Shown one piece after another: positions 35,901 to 50,900 of a stretch of DNA of 64,000 nucleotides. A program made the position numbers and the translations under genes. The stretch's first letter is position 1. Every line of letters begins with the position of its first letter. The DNA lies in NCBI GenBank assembly GCA_030324005.1, contig JARDVH010000115.1, positions 12,097,114-12,161,113 of the forward strand, read 5' to 3'. The DNA comes from Negaprion brevirostris. Its lineage: Eukaryota. The notes beneath the pieces are model-generated. The model was not told where the DNA came from. It saw only the letters and a list, made by a program, of their open reading frames with translations, and made no database searches.

Positions 35901-38900
35901 GTGGGTGGACACTCAATGCCTGTAGCTCAAAGTCACTGTGGCACTAAATTTTTATGCCTTTGGAGTGTTCCAGGGAACTCTGGGTGATCTATGTGGCGTG
36001 TCTCAGTCTGCTGCATATAGCTGTAATCAGGCTGGTCACTGATGCCTCGTTCAGGCACGTAAACAGATTCATTTCATGACGGACCACGTCAGCCAGGGTG
36101 AGCAGGCAGGATACGCTCCCACTGCAGGATTTCCCTACATCCAGGGTGCCACATGAATGTACCCATGAGCCATCAAGGTACCAGCTGGCCACCAGATGTC
36201 TTTGTGGACAGGAAGGTTTTCTCATTATGAATAGAACGAGACCCAGATTCTGTGCTTGTGTGTAACTTGCACCATGCAAGGGCAACTTGCACCATGCACA
36301 TTCTTTGCTATTCACAAGTATCCAGGCTCTTTGCTGCTCCAGATCACCTGGACGGGTGGTTGATTAGCAACACAGGTTACTTACGATACCTGTCAGGCAC
36401 CCAAGGAGAGATGCAACCACTGCCGTGTATCCACAAGCGTGGTAAAGGAGAGGACCATTGAGCTGCTAAAGACAAGGCTCAGATGCCTTGACTGATCTGG
36501 GGGGTGCCGTGCAGTATTCAACCAAGGTAGTGCCACCCATACTTGTTTGTCTGCTGCACTCTTCACAACCTCATTCTCTCCTGAAGGAACCTCAGAGGAG
36601 GACACTGATACTGGGATACCCGCTTCTGATGTGGACACCGACAAAGACTCAGATGTTGATGCTGGGCAGCCAGAGGGCGAGAAGGACGAGGGGGTAACTA
36701 GGAACTTTCAAAAGGGACGGGTACAAGAGACAACCTGCTTCACCGTTTCTTCAACTAGGCTAGCATGCTATGCTTTCCCACATACTTATTAGGCCTCATC
36801 TCAATCCCAAACGAATAACACTCAGCTACTACATGAGCTCAATCCCTTCCAAATAAAAGATTTGATACTGTGGACTTTTCTCAATAGGCAATGAAGAGGG
36901 GGACACCAACGAAGCGCACAGGACACTTTTGGCTCGAGTGAAGAAGTGAGAGAAAATTCACATGAAACAAATCCATCTCAATTATTAACAGAGTTCTTTG
37001 AAATTACAACAGAGCAAAGGCACCCAGTGCAGGCCCCTGTTTGTGACTAGTGTGCCTTGAGCTTTCATTTACAGGTGCTACGTCTCATTTCCCCTGTCCA
37101 CTGATAGTGGCATTTGATGCACGTTAATGATTTTGTTGCCCTGCTGCTTGACAGCTGTCCTCTGGTCGGCGGGGCCTGAGCAGGCACCGTCTGGGAGACT
37201 TCGCTCAATAGCATTGGTCGGGCAATTGTCAGTCACCATGACCTGATGATCTCTCTCTTCACTCACCCTTGAAATCCAGGGCTCCTAGTGAATGGCCAGT
37301 GAAGATCACCAAGTTTGGTACCTCAACGCTACTGGCAAATCGCTCACCATTGTTGTGGCTACATCTCTCATGCAAGTGTGTGCAAAGCTCCGTTGAGTGC
37401 TGAAGTCTTCAGCTGTAACACCATACGATGCTGCCCCCAACTCAGAACACCCCTGCGAGGATTGAGGATATTACCACCCATTGAGACACCTGATACTTTG
37501 ATTGACTAAAGGTTGATGGTTCATATCTCTAGCTTTGAGGTGCACTGACATGTTGAGCTCTGCTACATCCTGAAACCTACTCACGTCTGCAACAAATGTT
37601 GCATACCCTTTCTCAATGCCCCATTCTACACAATGCCCACTCGGAATCCATCCCTGCCAAGCAAAGATCATTGAAAATTTTTCCATCACTAAATCCAGGT
37701 TCACCGGACCAGGTCATTTTTGCTGACCTCTGCTGCTACTTTGGTCCAGGCCTTCTTGGTTAGATGGGGTCTCCTCCTTCCATCCCTTGGCATCTGGATA
37801 TTCTTAGGGCTCTAATGCAATCATCAGGGAAATGAAGGGCCTGCTGGCCACCAAAGCACCCCTCCCACCTGCTGTGACTACCTGACGTGACCATAGATTT
37901 ATGTGGACACCACTTTTAATGTTTGCGGCAGACCACCACTGGACGTGGTGCCTGGCATTTACCTGGTCCTGTTGGTCCCGCTCACCCATTGTAGCCACGA
38001 TTTATACTGGTCACCACATATTGCAACTTTTTATTAGACTCGAGCAGGAGCAGGATTCACAGCTGCTTCAGATTCCATCTGCCAAGCTCACATGCTAAGC
38101 ATTAAGTTCTATCCATTTACTCTGTTTCTCTCTCCATGAATGGTGCCAGACCAGTTGAGTATTTCCAACATTTTCTGTTTCTAGTTGAGTATTTCCAGTG
38201 TCTGCAGTATATTTCTTTTGTGCAGGAATAATAATGAATTAGCTGGGCTACTCTCATTCAATTCATAGAAAATATTTATATTGTAGCAAATGTGCAAATC
38301 CAGAAGCAGGTTGCTTCAAGGTTCTCTCAACTGGAAATGGCACACAAGTTGTAGAAAAGGGAACACAACAGTAACTAGCACACATTTGCACCAATTAGAG
38401 CAGAACTGACATATTATTGCCTTAATACTTCTCTTACTGCTTTTTATTACAATGCTTTAATTTATGCTTTTTGTGATAGATATGAACATAGGTGCAGGTT
38501 GTGGGTTAAACCCCAAGGGTGGGAATAACAAAAGTAAAATTCTCAAGGCAACAAGGTTATACGAAATCCCACATCCATTCAAAAGGAAATCTAGTAGAAT
38601 CCCAGTCACACCAATTTATCACCATAGCCTAAATTTGTCAACCACGACCAATTAGATTTTACAGCAAGTAGAGTTTGTTCCATTAAAGCATATATCACTT
38701 TTTAAAATGTTGATTACTCTTTAGCACTGACCTTCTTCATCCTGAAAGATCACTTCAAAATTCTTGGTCCAATCAGAGACTGAGAAGTTTCGTGTAGCTT
38801 TCAGGGACTAGTTGCAGAAATTTAAACCAGGAATTAAAGACAAACCAAGTTATAATTAGAATTGCCGTCAAATTCAAATCATTTCTAAGCTATACATTAG

Positions 38901-41900
38901 ATTGGATTCTTCAAATTACTATGTTCTCTTGTCAGATGAATGCCTGAACTTACATGCTGATGGAACACTCATAAATTAGGTGAAAAACACAAAAAAAATG
39001 AATGGATGACATTAAGGAGAATGTTCAACTAATAACTTTACTTATCAAAGCATATAGATTCAGACAGCACATTAAACTTACCGACTCAAGAAAACTGTGG
39101 CGACTGACTTTTAGGGCAATTTTTGTATGTGATCGTTTCATGTGCATTTGACGAAGCTCCCGCTGAAAGAAATTCATTTTGTCTTGGAAAGTTTCAGAAC
39201 CTCCTGGATAGAGAAGAACGAAAATGTACTTTTTAATCTAAATTGACAACAAGAAATAAGAGAAATAGTCCGTTAAGCATGCTCTGCCATTTAGTACAAT
39301 CATCTAACTTCTGCCTCAACTCCACTTTACCACATCCAAATGATTCCCTGAGACACCAAACATCTGTCCTTAAATATACTGAACAATGGAAGGTCCACAA
39401 CCTTTTGGTTGGAAGATTCCAAAGATTCACAATCCATCAGGTGAAGAAGTTCCTCCAACTCTATATGATTGCCCCCTTGTCCTGAGTCCAGAGTCCACAT
39501 GTTCTAGATTGTCCAATCAGGAAAGACACCCTCTTAATGTCATCGGTCAAGCCTCTTCAGAATCTTGTACGTTTTAATGAGATCAGCAGTCATTCTTATA
39601 AGCTCCTAAGAGCATCAGCCCTATTTACTCAATCTTGCATAACAGGACAGCCATCTGATCCCAGCAACCAATCCAATGAATCTTCGCTCTACCACCTCTA
39701 ACATAAAAGTTACCCTTCCTTATACATAAAAACAAACGGCACAGTGCTCCGGAAGTAATCTAACAAAGTCCTGTACAATTCTAGCAAGACATCTTATTGC
39801 TGTGCTCCAATTTCCTTGCAATAAAGGCCAAAATTCCATTTTGGTTTCCTAATTCTTGCTGCACCTCCAGGCTTACTTTTTGTCTTCATCGTACTAGTAC
39901 ACTCAAGTCTCTATGGACATCAACATATCAAAATTTCAGGCCTCAACGTTCTGCTTTTCTATTCTTACTATCAAAGTGTGTAACCTCACATTATGCTCCA
40001 TCTACTATCTTGTTGTTCACTCAATTAAGCTTCTACATCATGTTGTAGCATGTTTCTCACTGTTTGCATTCCCAGCTAGCTTTGTGAAGGCAGAAAGATT
40101 GCGTACAAAAATCACAGTATCTTTGTCCATGTCATTAATATAAATTAATTAGATAAATAACGAAGCTGCCAGAACAGATCTTTGCAACTAGTTACAGTTC
40201 ACTCGCTACAACCTGCCAACTTGAAAATACTTGTTCATCCCTACGCTATGCTTCCTGTGCATTTATCTCAATCCATGTTAATATTTCACTCTCAATACCA
40301 TGAACACTTATTTTGCATGTTAACCTTTTGTGTGTACCTTATCAAATGTTCTATGGAAATCCAAGTAAACAACATCTACTGGTTCTCCTCGATCTAACCT
40401 ACTGGTTACATCCTCAAACACTAATACATTTGTCAAATACGATTTCCCTTTCATAAATCCATGTTGACTTTGTCTTATCAGATAATAATTTTCTGAGTGA
40501 TTTTTTAAGTATAGATTTCAGCATTTTCCTATTGATTGATTTTGGGCTAACTGTAGCTTTCTCTCTCCCTCCTTCCTCAAATAATGGGGTTGGATTTGCT
40601 AAGTTCCAATCTGCTAGGACTGATCTAGACTTGGGAACTTTGGAAAAATAACTATCATAAATCATAACTTAATCAGTACAGGATATGGAAGAAATATAAT
40701 AACAATCCATGTGATTGGATTTGTCCTCAGTGGGCTAAGTTGATCACAGAACAACAATGCTGAGAATACTCCACTGTCATTATCCCAAGTAGGATACATA
40801 ATATTTATCAAAATCCTTTAAGCAGCCAATTGAGCCCTCAGTTTAATGTCATCCAAAGTACATCACTGACAACGTAGAGAGTCCCTTTATGTTGCCTAAA
40901 GTACCAATTTCGATTATGTGTTCAATTCTTATGATTGGAGCAATTTAAAATACATGGTAGATGACAAATTCATATAACCAATTTACAATGTGACAAGCGT
41001 GTAAATGAGCATTGTTGCTAACTGTATAAAAATCTTAAATATCTGAAACAATTAAACACAGACATTTAATACCAAGTATATTTATACAGGAGAGTGAGAA
41101 TGAACTAAAGTAGCAGAAGACAGCTGAACATGGTGATGTAGACTGGTCTCAATACAACGAACCTTTTCTTTTTCTTAAAGAAATTTTGCTTTCCTCGAAT
41201 AGTTCTCTCATGCGCATTTATATGCAGTGGTCCTGAGGCAATGGGATAGACAGCAGTAACTTGATCCAGCCACATGAAGACATGATCAAATGATTCGAAC
41301 TGACTCAGCTGCCAGTTTTTCTTCCCTTTCACACCCTAATAAGTGACTAGCCACCACTTGGCAGCTCCTCAAAACCCCTCTGCTGCCTAACCTGAAGACA
41401 TGGGCGATTTGCCGGATGGGAAATTAGGGAATGGAATTCTTATCCAAGTATTATTTGACACAGTTCTGATGCTAGCGTGTCCTCTTTAGCTGTCCAGTTT
41501 AATTTTTCCTCAAGTTAACAGCAACATGTTCTCTCATGCAAAACACCTCAACAACAGAAAAGTACAGAGAATTGGAAGTTTTAATCATTACCAATGTTCT
41601 TATGTAAGAAACGGATAAACGTTGCTGCCATAATGTTTCTTTCTTTGCAGCTGAGCTCCACAGGAGGTTGTATCCCATCATCCACCACTAGAGTCAGAAA
41701 CTTGTGCACTGGGTCTGGACCATGGTAGTAAAACTGAGAAAGTAAAGGGCACAATTTTATTTTTTTTCCAACAATTTTCCCTCTTCACTTCTTCTGTATT
41801 CTACTGAAACTATTGACTTCTGAGTTTCTTCTTCAAGACCTGTTAATCTGCCAGCAACCTATCCAAGCAGCCAGTCTATTGTATTGCGTCTGGACAGAAG

Positions 41901-44900
41901 CAGATGGTTTATGTGGAGGATGGGGGAGCATCACAACTGAATTTGAGCCTGCCTTCACTGGGTGCCTACATTTGGTAGCCAGCCAGTGAAAGTTCATTGA
42001 TCTGTGATGAGGTCTGATAACTCCACAGTTAATTCTTCCCATAAACCTGTGATGGATGTCAATTGCAGAGCCTTCCTGCTACATTAGTGAAATTAGTTAA
42101 TTCTCAAATTAAAAACATTGGATAGATCTGGTCAATACAAAAGCACAGCATACCACCTCACCCTTACCATAATATAAGATAGTTAAACACCAATTGAGAA
42201 TCAGCACACCACCCACCTCAACACCTGCTGCCAGCCCACTGCCCCCTGCCAACAACACTCCCCGCCGCCACCGCCCCCAAAACCACCACCACCACCACTC
42301 AAAAAAAAAACCTCAATGTGGACTCCAGACCCACCTTTGTTCCCGGACATACTCTGAAAGTGAAAAGTCTCCAAGGGATGATTTTCAAGTAAAACTCCTT
42401 CACTGAGAATTGCTGGAAAACAAATATTCTGTTTACTGTTACGCTTACCAAGCTGCCAAGTACATTGCTGTGAATTGCTTAATTTAAGCATGTTCCAGGG
42501 GAAGTTAAGAGATGAGAGATACCACAAATTCCCAAGTAGTACTTCCTGCATTGGCATTGCTGGGCCCAGTGGAGAAGTTGTGAGATCATGGGATGCAGTA
42601 ACCCTTAGTTACTTAACCCTTGTTAAAGGAAATGAGAGAACAGAAAATTCAAAACAGCGAGGATTGCAATTCCTGATTTTTATGCATCACCCTTCATGAA
42701 GGCAAGGGCATATAGGCACGAGGTAAAGACAAGTTCGGATTCAGTTACAGTTGTCTCAGCAGTTAAGTAGCCTCTTAATCCTGACTATGAATTGCCAGAG
42801 GATGGTTAGCACTTCAGTAACAAGAAGGGAAAACAAAATTGGCAATAACTTATAAACAGAATGCTCCTCAACTTTTCCAGTGGAGAAAATGCTGAAGATA
42901 AGGGTGGCTTGAATTTAGGAGACTAGAACTAATGGATTCACTTTAAGAATGAGTGATCTCTCTTCCAAGATGGAAATGAGAAGAAACCATTTCAAGGATC
43001 AGTAGCTTATGGAATTCTACTCCCCAGCAGGCAGTGGGGACTGGGTCATTGAATTTCTTCAAAGCTGAGTTAGATAGATTTTTGGTAAACAAAGGAGTCA
43101 AGGGTCATTGTGGACAGACAAGAAAGTGGAGCTGAGACCACAACCAGGACAATCGTAATCTTATTGAATGGTGGCACAGGGTTGAAGGGCCTACTCTTGC
43201 TCCCAATTTCTATGAGATGGGAATAAAATGTACATGATTTAATTTGTACAAGCCAAAAGGGCAAATTATATAGAAGATAGCTTGATGAGCCTCATACCAA
43301 AATAACATAACCTGATGAATTCTCGTAAAGCTACACATTAAACATGGATGTGAAAATATTTTCATAATATTGAACATAGGCAGTTCCAAAAACGTGTTAC
43401 TCATCTCAAGGAGAGACATTCATTTTGGTTGATCCCACTTCATGAAGAGCTCAGGAAGGGTTTAATCATGCTATTGAATGCAATTATTTTCAGTGGCACT
43501 GCATTAAAGACAGCCTGCTGCCAGTGTGACCTTATTGGCCATGCCCAATAACACATCATCAAGCTTTAATACAGCTATTTGACAATGATGTTGTGGAGCT
43601 GTCTTCACATATTCCTGGTCAGCATAGGGTTAGATACAGAGTTGTAACACTTTGCAAGGAAATGTGCAGCTACCAGGCAGAATACAGATGGAACTTTCAC
43701 TGACAGTAACAGTTAGTTATAACCCAGTACCTGGATTCACCACATTGCATGGATACTGTAATCTTTATTGATGGGATTGATGTTGCAAAAAATGGTACAG
43801 ACAATAGTAATTAAACAAAAGGTCAGGTGTTGAATTGCACCATGACCTTTCTGCAGAAACATTGGCAGCTTGGGCTTCCTGTAATATGTGGGAAGTCATG
43901 GATGTTACTGGTGTCCTAGACAACTACACGTGCAGGAAGTGTCACTGGCTGCAGAAACTTGAGCTCGGGCTTTTGAGCAAAGATAGAACAGGATTAAAAG
44001 TTCTAAATTGAGGGAAAACAAATTTCACAAAGCTGAGGGGTGAACTGGTGAAAGTGAACTGCAAACAGCTATGAGAAGAGAAAAGTGTCAAATCAGTGGG
44101 AGGTATTCAAAAGCAAGATTCTAAGGCACAGTATAGACATATCCTCAAGGGAAAAGATTAGGGCTGCTAAATCTAGAGCTCCTTGCTTATCCAGAAGCAT
44201 GTTGGGTAAAACAAAGCAGAAAAAACTCATGACAGTCACAAAAAGTTTAATACTGTAGAAAGCCTAAAAGGAGTATAGAAAGTACAGAGTGAAGTAAAGG
44301 AGGAAATTAAGAAAGCAATGAGGGAAAGCAAGAAAAAAGATAAAATCAGCGAAAATTCAAAGATGCTTCATGATCAATACATTAGGAACAAGAGAATAAC
44401 TAAGTGTAGGGCCAAGAAATGTCCATGGTAGCTTGTGGGTTGTTGTTTCGGAAGAAGCAGGCAGAATTCTCAATGAGTACATTTTCTTCACTGAGGAGAT
44501 GGATAGTGCAGTCATTCTAGTTAAAGAGGAGGGGTGTGAAATTTTATATACAATAAGCATAGTGCAAGAGAAAATATTGGAGGTCAGCAAGTGTTGTGCC
44601 ATTATTTAAAAAGGGTGCAAAGAATTATAGGCCTGTCAATCTGACTCGGTGATGGACAAATATTGGAATCAATTTCAATAGACAGAATAAGCTGTCACTT
44701 AGAAAGGCACAGATTGATCTGGGATAGTCAGCATGGTTTTGTTACGGAAAGATTGTGTTTCACTAATTTAAAATTTGTTTGAGGAAGTGACCAGGATAAA
44801 TAATGATGGTAGTGTCTACATGGATATTAGTAAGACATGTGACATATGGCAGACTGGTCAGAAAAGTAAAGACCCATAGGATACAGGGGAATATGCTGAG

Positions 44901-47900
44901 TTGAATTCAAAATGGGTTCAGTGACAGGAAAAAAAGAGTAATGGTTACTGGATGCTTTAAGAAAGGGAACGCCGTTTCCAGTGACGTTCCACAGTGGCAT
45001 TCCACAGGGCTCACTGTTGGAGTCTTTGATAGTTGTTGTATGTATTCATAATTGAGGTTTAAATGTGGGAATCATGATTGGGAAATTTGCAAATGACTGA
45101 AAAATTGGTTGTGCAGTTGATATTGGAGAATAACTGCTTGTCCAGAACTATATCAATGGTTTGTTTAAGTGGGTGAAACGTGGCATATTATTTCAATCCA
45201 GAGGAGTGAGCGGCAATACATCTGGAGAGGAAAAACAAAGAGAACACTCAAACAGGAGGATGTAAGAGTGGCAGAGGAATCTAGAGAGTAAGCATATAGA
45301 CTGCTTTCCTTTATTGGGCAAAGCATTGAATACAAAAATAGGGATGTCAATGCTGGAACTGTATAAAATGCTGCTTAGGCCACAGCTAGAATTTTGTGTA
45401 CAGTCCCAGTCACCACATTACAAGAAGGACATACTTTCTTTGGAGAGAGTGCAGATTAGAATTAGAAGAACGTTGCCAGGGTTTGAAAATTGCAACTATG
45501 AGGTATGACTGAATAGGCTAGGGTTGTTTTCCTTAGAAAAGGAGGTGGTTTAGGGGTGACCTAATTATGGTACACAAAATTATGAGGGGGCTAGATAGAG
45601 GAGACAGGAAAGACCTGTTTCTCCTAGCTGAGAGGTCAATTATGTGATTCAGCTGATTGGTGGAAGGATTAGAGGAGACATGAGGAAAAGCCTTTTTACC
45701 CAGAGGGTGGTAGGCGTCTGGAATTCATTGCCCGAATTTCACAACCCTTCAGTCTTGGCAAAGGTTAATAATTTTTGGAACTCTTCAAAGGATTGCCGAT
45801 TTTTGTCTCCATTTCAAATGTCTCCACATATTTAAACTGCATTAACACATTATTTTCCACATTCAAAACTTACACCCTGTCTTGATCTGCACCTGAAACT
45901 ATTCCAATGAGCTTACCTCAGAATTGAGTGCACAGTTCCATTCGAGTCTGCATAAAACCCAGCACAACCAATTTTAAACCACTCTAATATATCAGAATTC
46001 TTGCTTATTTGGTCCAGAGTTTCAGATTCAGTTGTAGTTTGATATTTTATAACATTAAACTAGTTCACATGCTGTGAATCCCTAGAATATCTAGGTTATG
46101 TGAACAGTTGGGAACATGAAATTGTGACAGGCACAGCATAAATACAAGTCCTTTTTTTCACTTCCTTGCATCTTGAACTGAAAAGTAGAAATCAAGAAAA
46201 AACAGCCACTTTTAAATGTGAATGTTCACTCTTACATTCAGTTTCAAGCATCAAACTATTTGAATGGAAACTAGGCTGCATGCAAGATTGTGCTGTGCCT
46301 GATTAAACTGCCAAGGTACAGAGGTATTGTCCCCAGTAAAATGATTTATGTGCTTTTGGGGAAAATCTGTATTTTATAATGGGGGTGATGGTCTCTGAAA
46401 GGGGATTTCTGGTAAAGTGTAGGGTTGAGAAATGTCCATGGTAGCTTGTGGGTTGTTTCAGAAGAAGCAGGCCGAGTTCTCAATGAGTACGTTTTCTTCA
46501 CTGGGGAAATGGATAATGCAGTCATTCTAGTTAAAGAGGAGGGGTGTGAAATTTTATATACAATAAGCTTCCAATAAATGATCATGTGACCAAGTTACAT
46601 GGGAGATAAACAACAGAAAAGCAATGAGTCAACCAGAAGTTAATTAAAGGTAAATTGTGGGTGTAGCTCAGTTTCAAGCAGGAGTTCAATTTTTGTTTAA
46701 AACAATCCTGGTGCAGGAAACATCACTTTCAAGCAGCAAACATGAAATTCTGTATATTGACAGAAAGTTTAAAACTCTTCTCAGCTGAAAGACTCCTAAT
46801 AGGGAGTTAATGGCTAAGCTGAGAAGAGGAGCAAGACTCAGGAGTTAAAGAATACTAGAACCAGTTGAGTTCTGTCCATGGTGGCTATGCTTATGAGGCT
46901 AGTAAAACCTTTGTTGGCCAGGCAGTCTACTGGTGAGAAACTGTTGGAGGAGATTGAAACAACATCATTGCTGGAAGCAAACAGAAGGTCCAAGAAATCT
47001 CAACCTCTAAAACAAATCTTTGAAACAGTCCTCAGACAAGTGGTCAAACTTTCAATTTCTGTTAAATATCTGACGGGTCATGGTGGGGGTGTGGAAGGAA
47101 ATTTGATTACAGCAGTTTGAATGAGATTAGTAACCGTTAATTATACTTCTAATATCTTTAACGTAACCAACTGTTTACATTAGAGTAATGTTCTTTTATT
47201 CTGATGTCATAAAACTCTTGTTTAAACCATGAATCTTGTGGCTTCATCCTTTCAGCAAATACTTGGGTTTTCAGTTTTTAACAAAAAGCAAAACATGTGA
47301 CTGGCGTCCCTACCAAGATCATAACATAATAAACATGCTCTAAAGCACCTGCCAATATTACTACTGAGTTGCTTAATAAGAAGTACATAATTCAATCTGT
47401 AGTGTTCTCCTTCCTAACTATAAAACGATAGAAGTAACTAGCCTTCACCTACCACATCTCTATTGACTTTCTCTCCCAGCTAAGCAATTACAAGTATTAC
47501 CTTTAACCTATGGCTTCACAGTAACCTAGATGGGAAGTATCACCTTGCAGCAGTAATATTTGTATACGTGCCATCTTTGGGGGTAAACAGTCAGTGCCTT
47601 ATTTTAAAAAAAAAGCTTTCCTTCTAGATTAGGAGCCATGAAATTGTAAGTGATCCAGAGACCTGACACAAAATTTTCTGGACGTCATGTGTCCTGCCAC
47701 AAAGGCCAAAACTGGGGGGGGGGGCGGGGGGGCGGGAGTGCTTTATTGCAAAATAGGTGGCATCAAAAGGCTGGCAGCACAGCAACATCAGTAGTGACCA
47801 TGACCATGCTGAGACTTCACTATGAGGATGAGGACACATCAATCAGGCGTGCATCCTCAAAATCAACTCAATGGGGGTGGAAAGCATTGGGATCAGGCAG

Positions 47901-50900
47901 GCAGGCTGCAGCAAGGATCGGGGCAAGATCATGGAGGGCAGGCTGTACCATTGCAGCAATTGTGTTCATTGCTGCCAGAAGCTCCCCACTCTATGAGCAA
48001 CCCATCCCATCTGGAACCCACCTGGGAGGTTACTAGGGATTGCCTGCAATTTCCTCTTTCTGCTGGCAAAATGCTATGAAGGGATATGGCAAAACCCTTA
48101 ACTGGCCACTTCAATGGTTCACTTAGGCTCCCAATGGCATCTTGCCAGCCAGCTTTCCAATTTGTGTTAAAATGACATGGCATCAGGAAGGCACCTCCTC
48201 TCACCCCCAAGGCCGTTTCCAATGCCTTTCTGTATCATTTTGCTAGCCTTCCCTGTGTTCCAACCCATATTTTAGTCTTTGATGCTTTAGTTCTAATGTT
48301 AACTTTCAGGACAATTTCTCACAACACAGTGGAAGCTTTCCTACCTTTGGTGATATGTAACAATAAACCTTTTTCGGTTTCTTCACTTTCTCGGCCATCA
48401 GATTTTCCTGATCCAAATCCTTTTCATCTTCTTCTTCCTCTGTGTTAGTTGATGGGTGTCGACCCATGGTGGCAGTTGTGATTGGTGACATTTGCCACTG
48501 AGAGTGAGCATAATTTGCCGTGCTGTACAAGTATGCTTCGAAGTAAACACTGGTTCCTGGAGTTGACACATTCTTTTCTACTGTGTTCTTTTCATTTTCT
48601 AATGTCAAGAAAAGACAAATAGTTAATACGCAATTCCTTCCACACAGAAACCCCTTTAGTCAGGAATGCAGGTTCCTTTAGGTCAGTATTAATCACTCAT
48701 TTTTTTGTCAAGTGCTAAAATCCCAAGCAGTGTCTTTCTCAAGGGTCTTTTAGGAAAGCTGTAACAAGGAATGATGGAATGCAAGTCTATTCATGCGATT
48801 TCCCCAGACAGTGAACTCTTGAGTTCATGTCTGCAAATAGTAGATAGTTGCCACGTTCCCAGCAAGGCAATTTCCATGTTCCCAGCAAGGCCCGTTTCCA
48901 CAGAAAAGCTTAAAAAAGGTTAAAGCCTGAAGTCCTAACATTGATTTTCAAAACAGAAGGCAATGACCAAGACTATAAGCATCAGTACCTGATCTGTAGT
49001 ACTCTGGGCATGCTGGTCTGATGTGGAATTTCCACAACAATAACCTTTAAAGTAGTGCAATGCTTTAAGGTACGTCACAGAAGCATTACCAAACAAAGCT
49101 TGACACCAGGCCACAAAACGAGCTAACAGGACAGATGGCTAAAAGCTTAGAAGTTAAGAGGAGAGAGAAGTTCAGGCAAAGTTTTAGAAGGGAATTCTAG
49201 AGCTTCGGGCATTGGCAGCCGAAGGAACATTGGAACAGGAACAGACCATTTAGCCCCTCAAGCCTATTCCATCATTTAATGAGATCATGACTGATCTTCT
49301 AACTCACTCCATATAGCTGTCTTTGGCTCAAATCCCTTAATATCCTTAATTAACAAATAACCACCAATCTTAGATTTGAAATTTAACAAAACTCTAAACT
49401 TTCATCACTCTTTATAAGCAGATGCATTTCCTAATTTCCCCCTGCAAGGCTAGCTCAAATTTTTAGACCATGCCCCCTTAATGCCCAACCAGTAGAAATA
49501 CCTTCTCTCAAATCTACCTCATCTATTTATTACCTTCATCATGAAAACTCCTCCAAACTTCTAAATTCCAGAAACACAACTCTGATTTTTTCAATTTAAC
49601 CCATGGCACCCTGGTATAAATTTAGATAATTTTATGCTACACTCCCTCTAAAACATTAAGCTGAGATACTCAGAACTGCTCTGTAGAAGAGTCATAGTCG
49701 AATCAAACTATTAACTCAGTTTCTTGCTCCACAGATGCTGTCAGACCTGCTGAGTTTTTCCAGCATTTTCTGTTTCAATTTCAGATTTCCAGCATCTGCA
49801 GTACTTTAGATTTATTATAGAGAAATGATTAAATTGGAGATACAGGAAATGTTAGAGCTGGAGGAGCAAAGGCCATGGAGAGATTTGAAAACAAGGATGA
49901 GAATTTTAAAAAAATCTCAAACCAGCAAGTAAAGGTGTCATGGGAGGACAGGACTTAGTGTGACCTAGGATACAGACATCAGAGTTTTGGATAAGCTCAA
50001 GTTTGTGGAGGGTGGAAGATAGCAGGATGTACAGGAGAATATTAGAATAATCAAATCCAGTGTCAAAGTTATGGATGAGGGTTTCAGACACATAACATGA
50101 AGTGGGTAGACTCGAACAAAGTTGCAGACTTGTAAATAGTAAATTGAGTGGTACATCGAAGTTCATGCCAGCATTAAATATGACATCAATATTTGAAATA
50201 CTGATTTGGTCTCAAGGTAATTGACAGGGGACGGGGATGGAGATGGAGTTGGTAGCTAGATAATGACTTCAGTCTTCTCAACAATTTTGGTAAAGATTTC
50301 AGCTTGCTCAATACTAGATTCATCAGTATGACAAATCACAGATGATGGAGACACTAGGTCAGAAGAGATGTGGTAAGTTGAGCTTGATGACAGCAGTGTA
50401 AATGTGGACTCTGACAGCATGTTGTCCAATGACAATGCAGAGGGGAAACATGAGAAATACAAGGCTATTGTGGAAGAGTGGGAAGAAAAGCCTTTACAGG
50501 TGATTCACAAGCTATGACTAGACAAATAAGAATGGAACAAAAATGAGAGCAATGTCAACACCTTAGCCGGATGACATAGGTGAGGCATCAGAGGAAGATG
50601 ATGAGGTTGACCCTATCAAAGATTGTGGGCGAGTCGGGATGGATGAGAAAAAATGGTTTTCATTGGTCACAGTCAAATTGGATGTTCGTCATGATTTTGA
50701 CCACAGCCATTTCAGTAGTGTTTCAGGAACTAAAACTTGATTAGAGGAAGTCAAATATGGCACTGCAAAAAAATTGGCACAGATCTGGTAAAAAAAAACA
50801 AGATCTTTAAGGACTTAGAAAGCTAAGGGTGGTTGGGGATGGGACAGTAGTTTGCAAGGTCAACTGAAAAAGGTGCAAGCTTGGATCTCAAAATTTAGAC

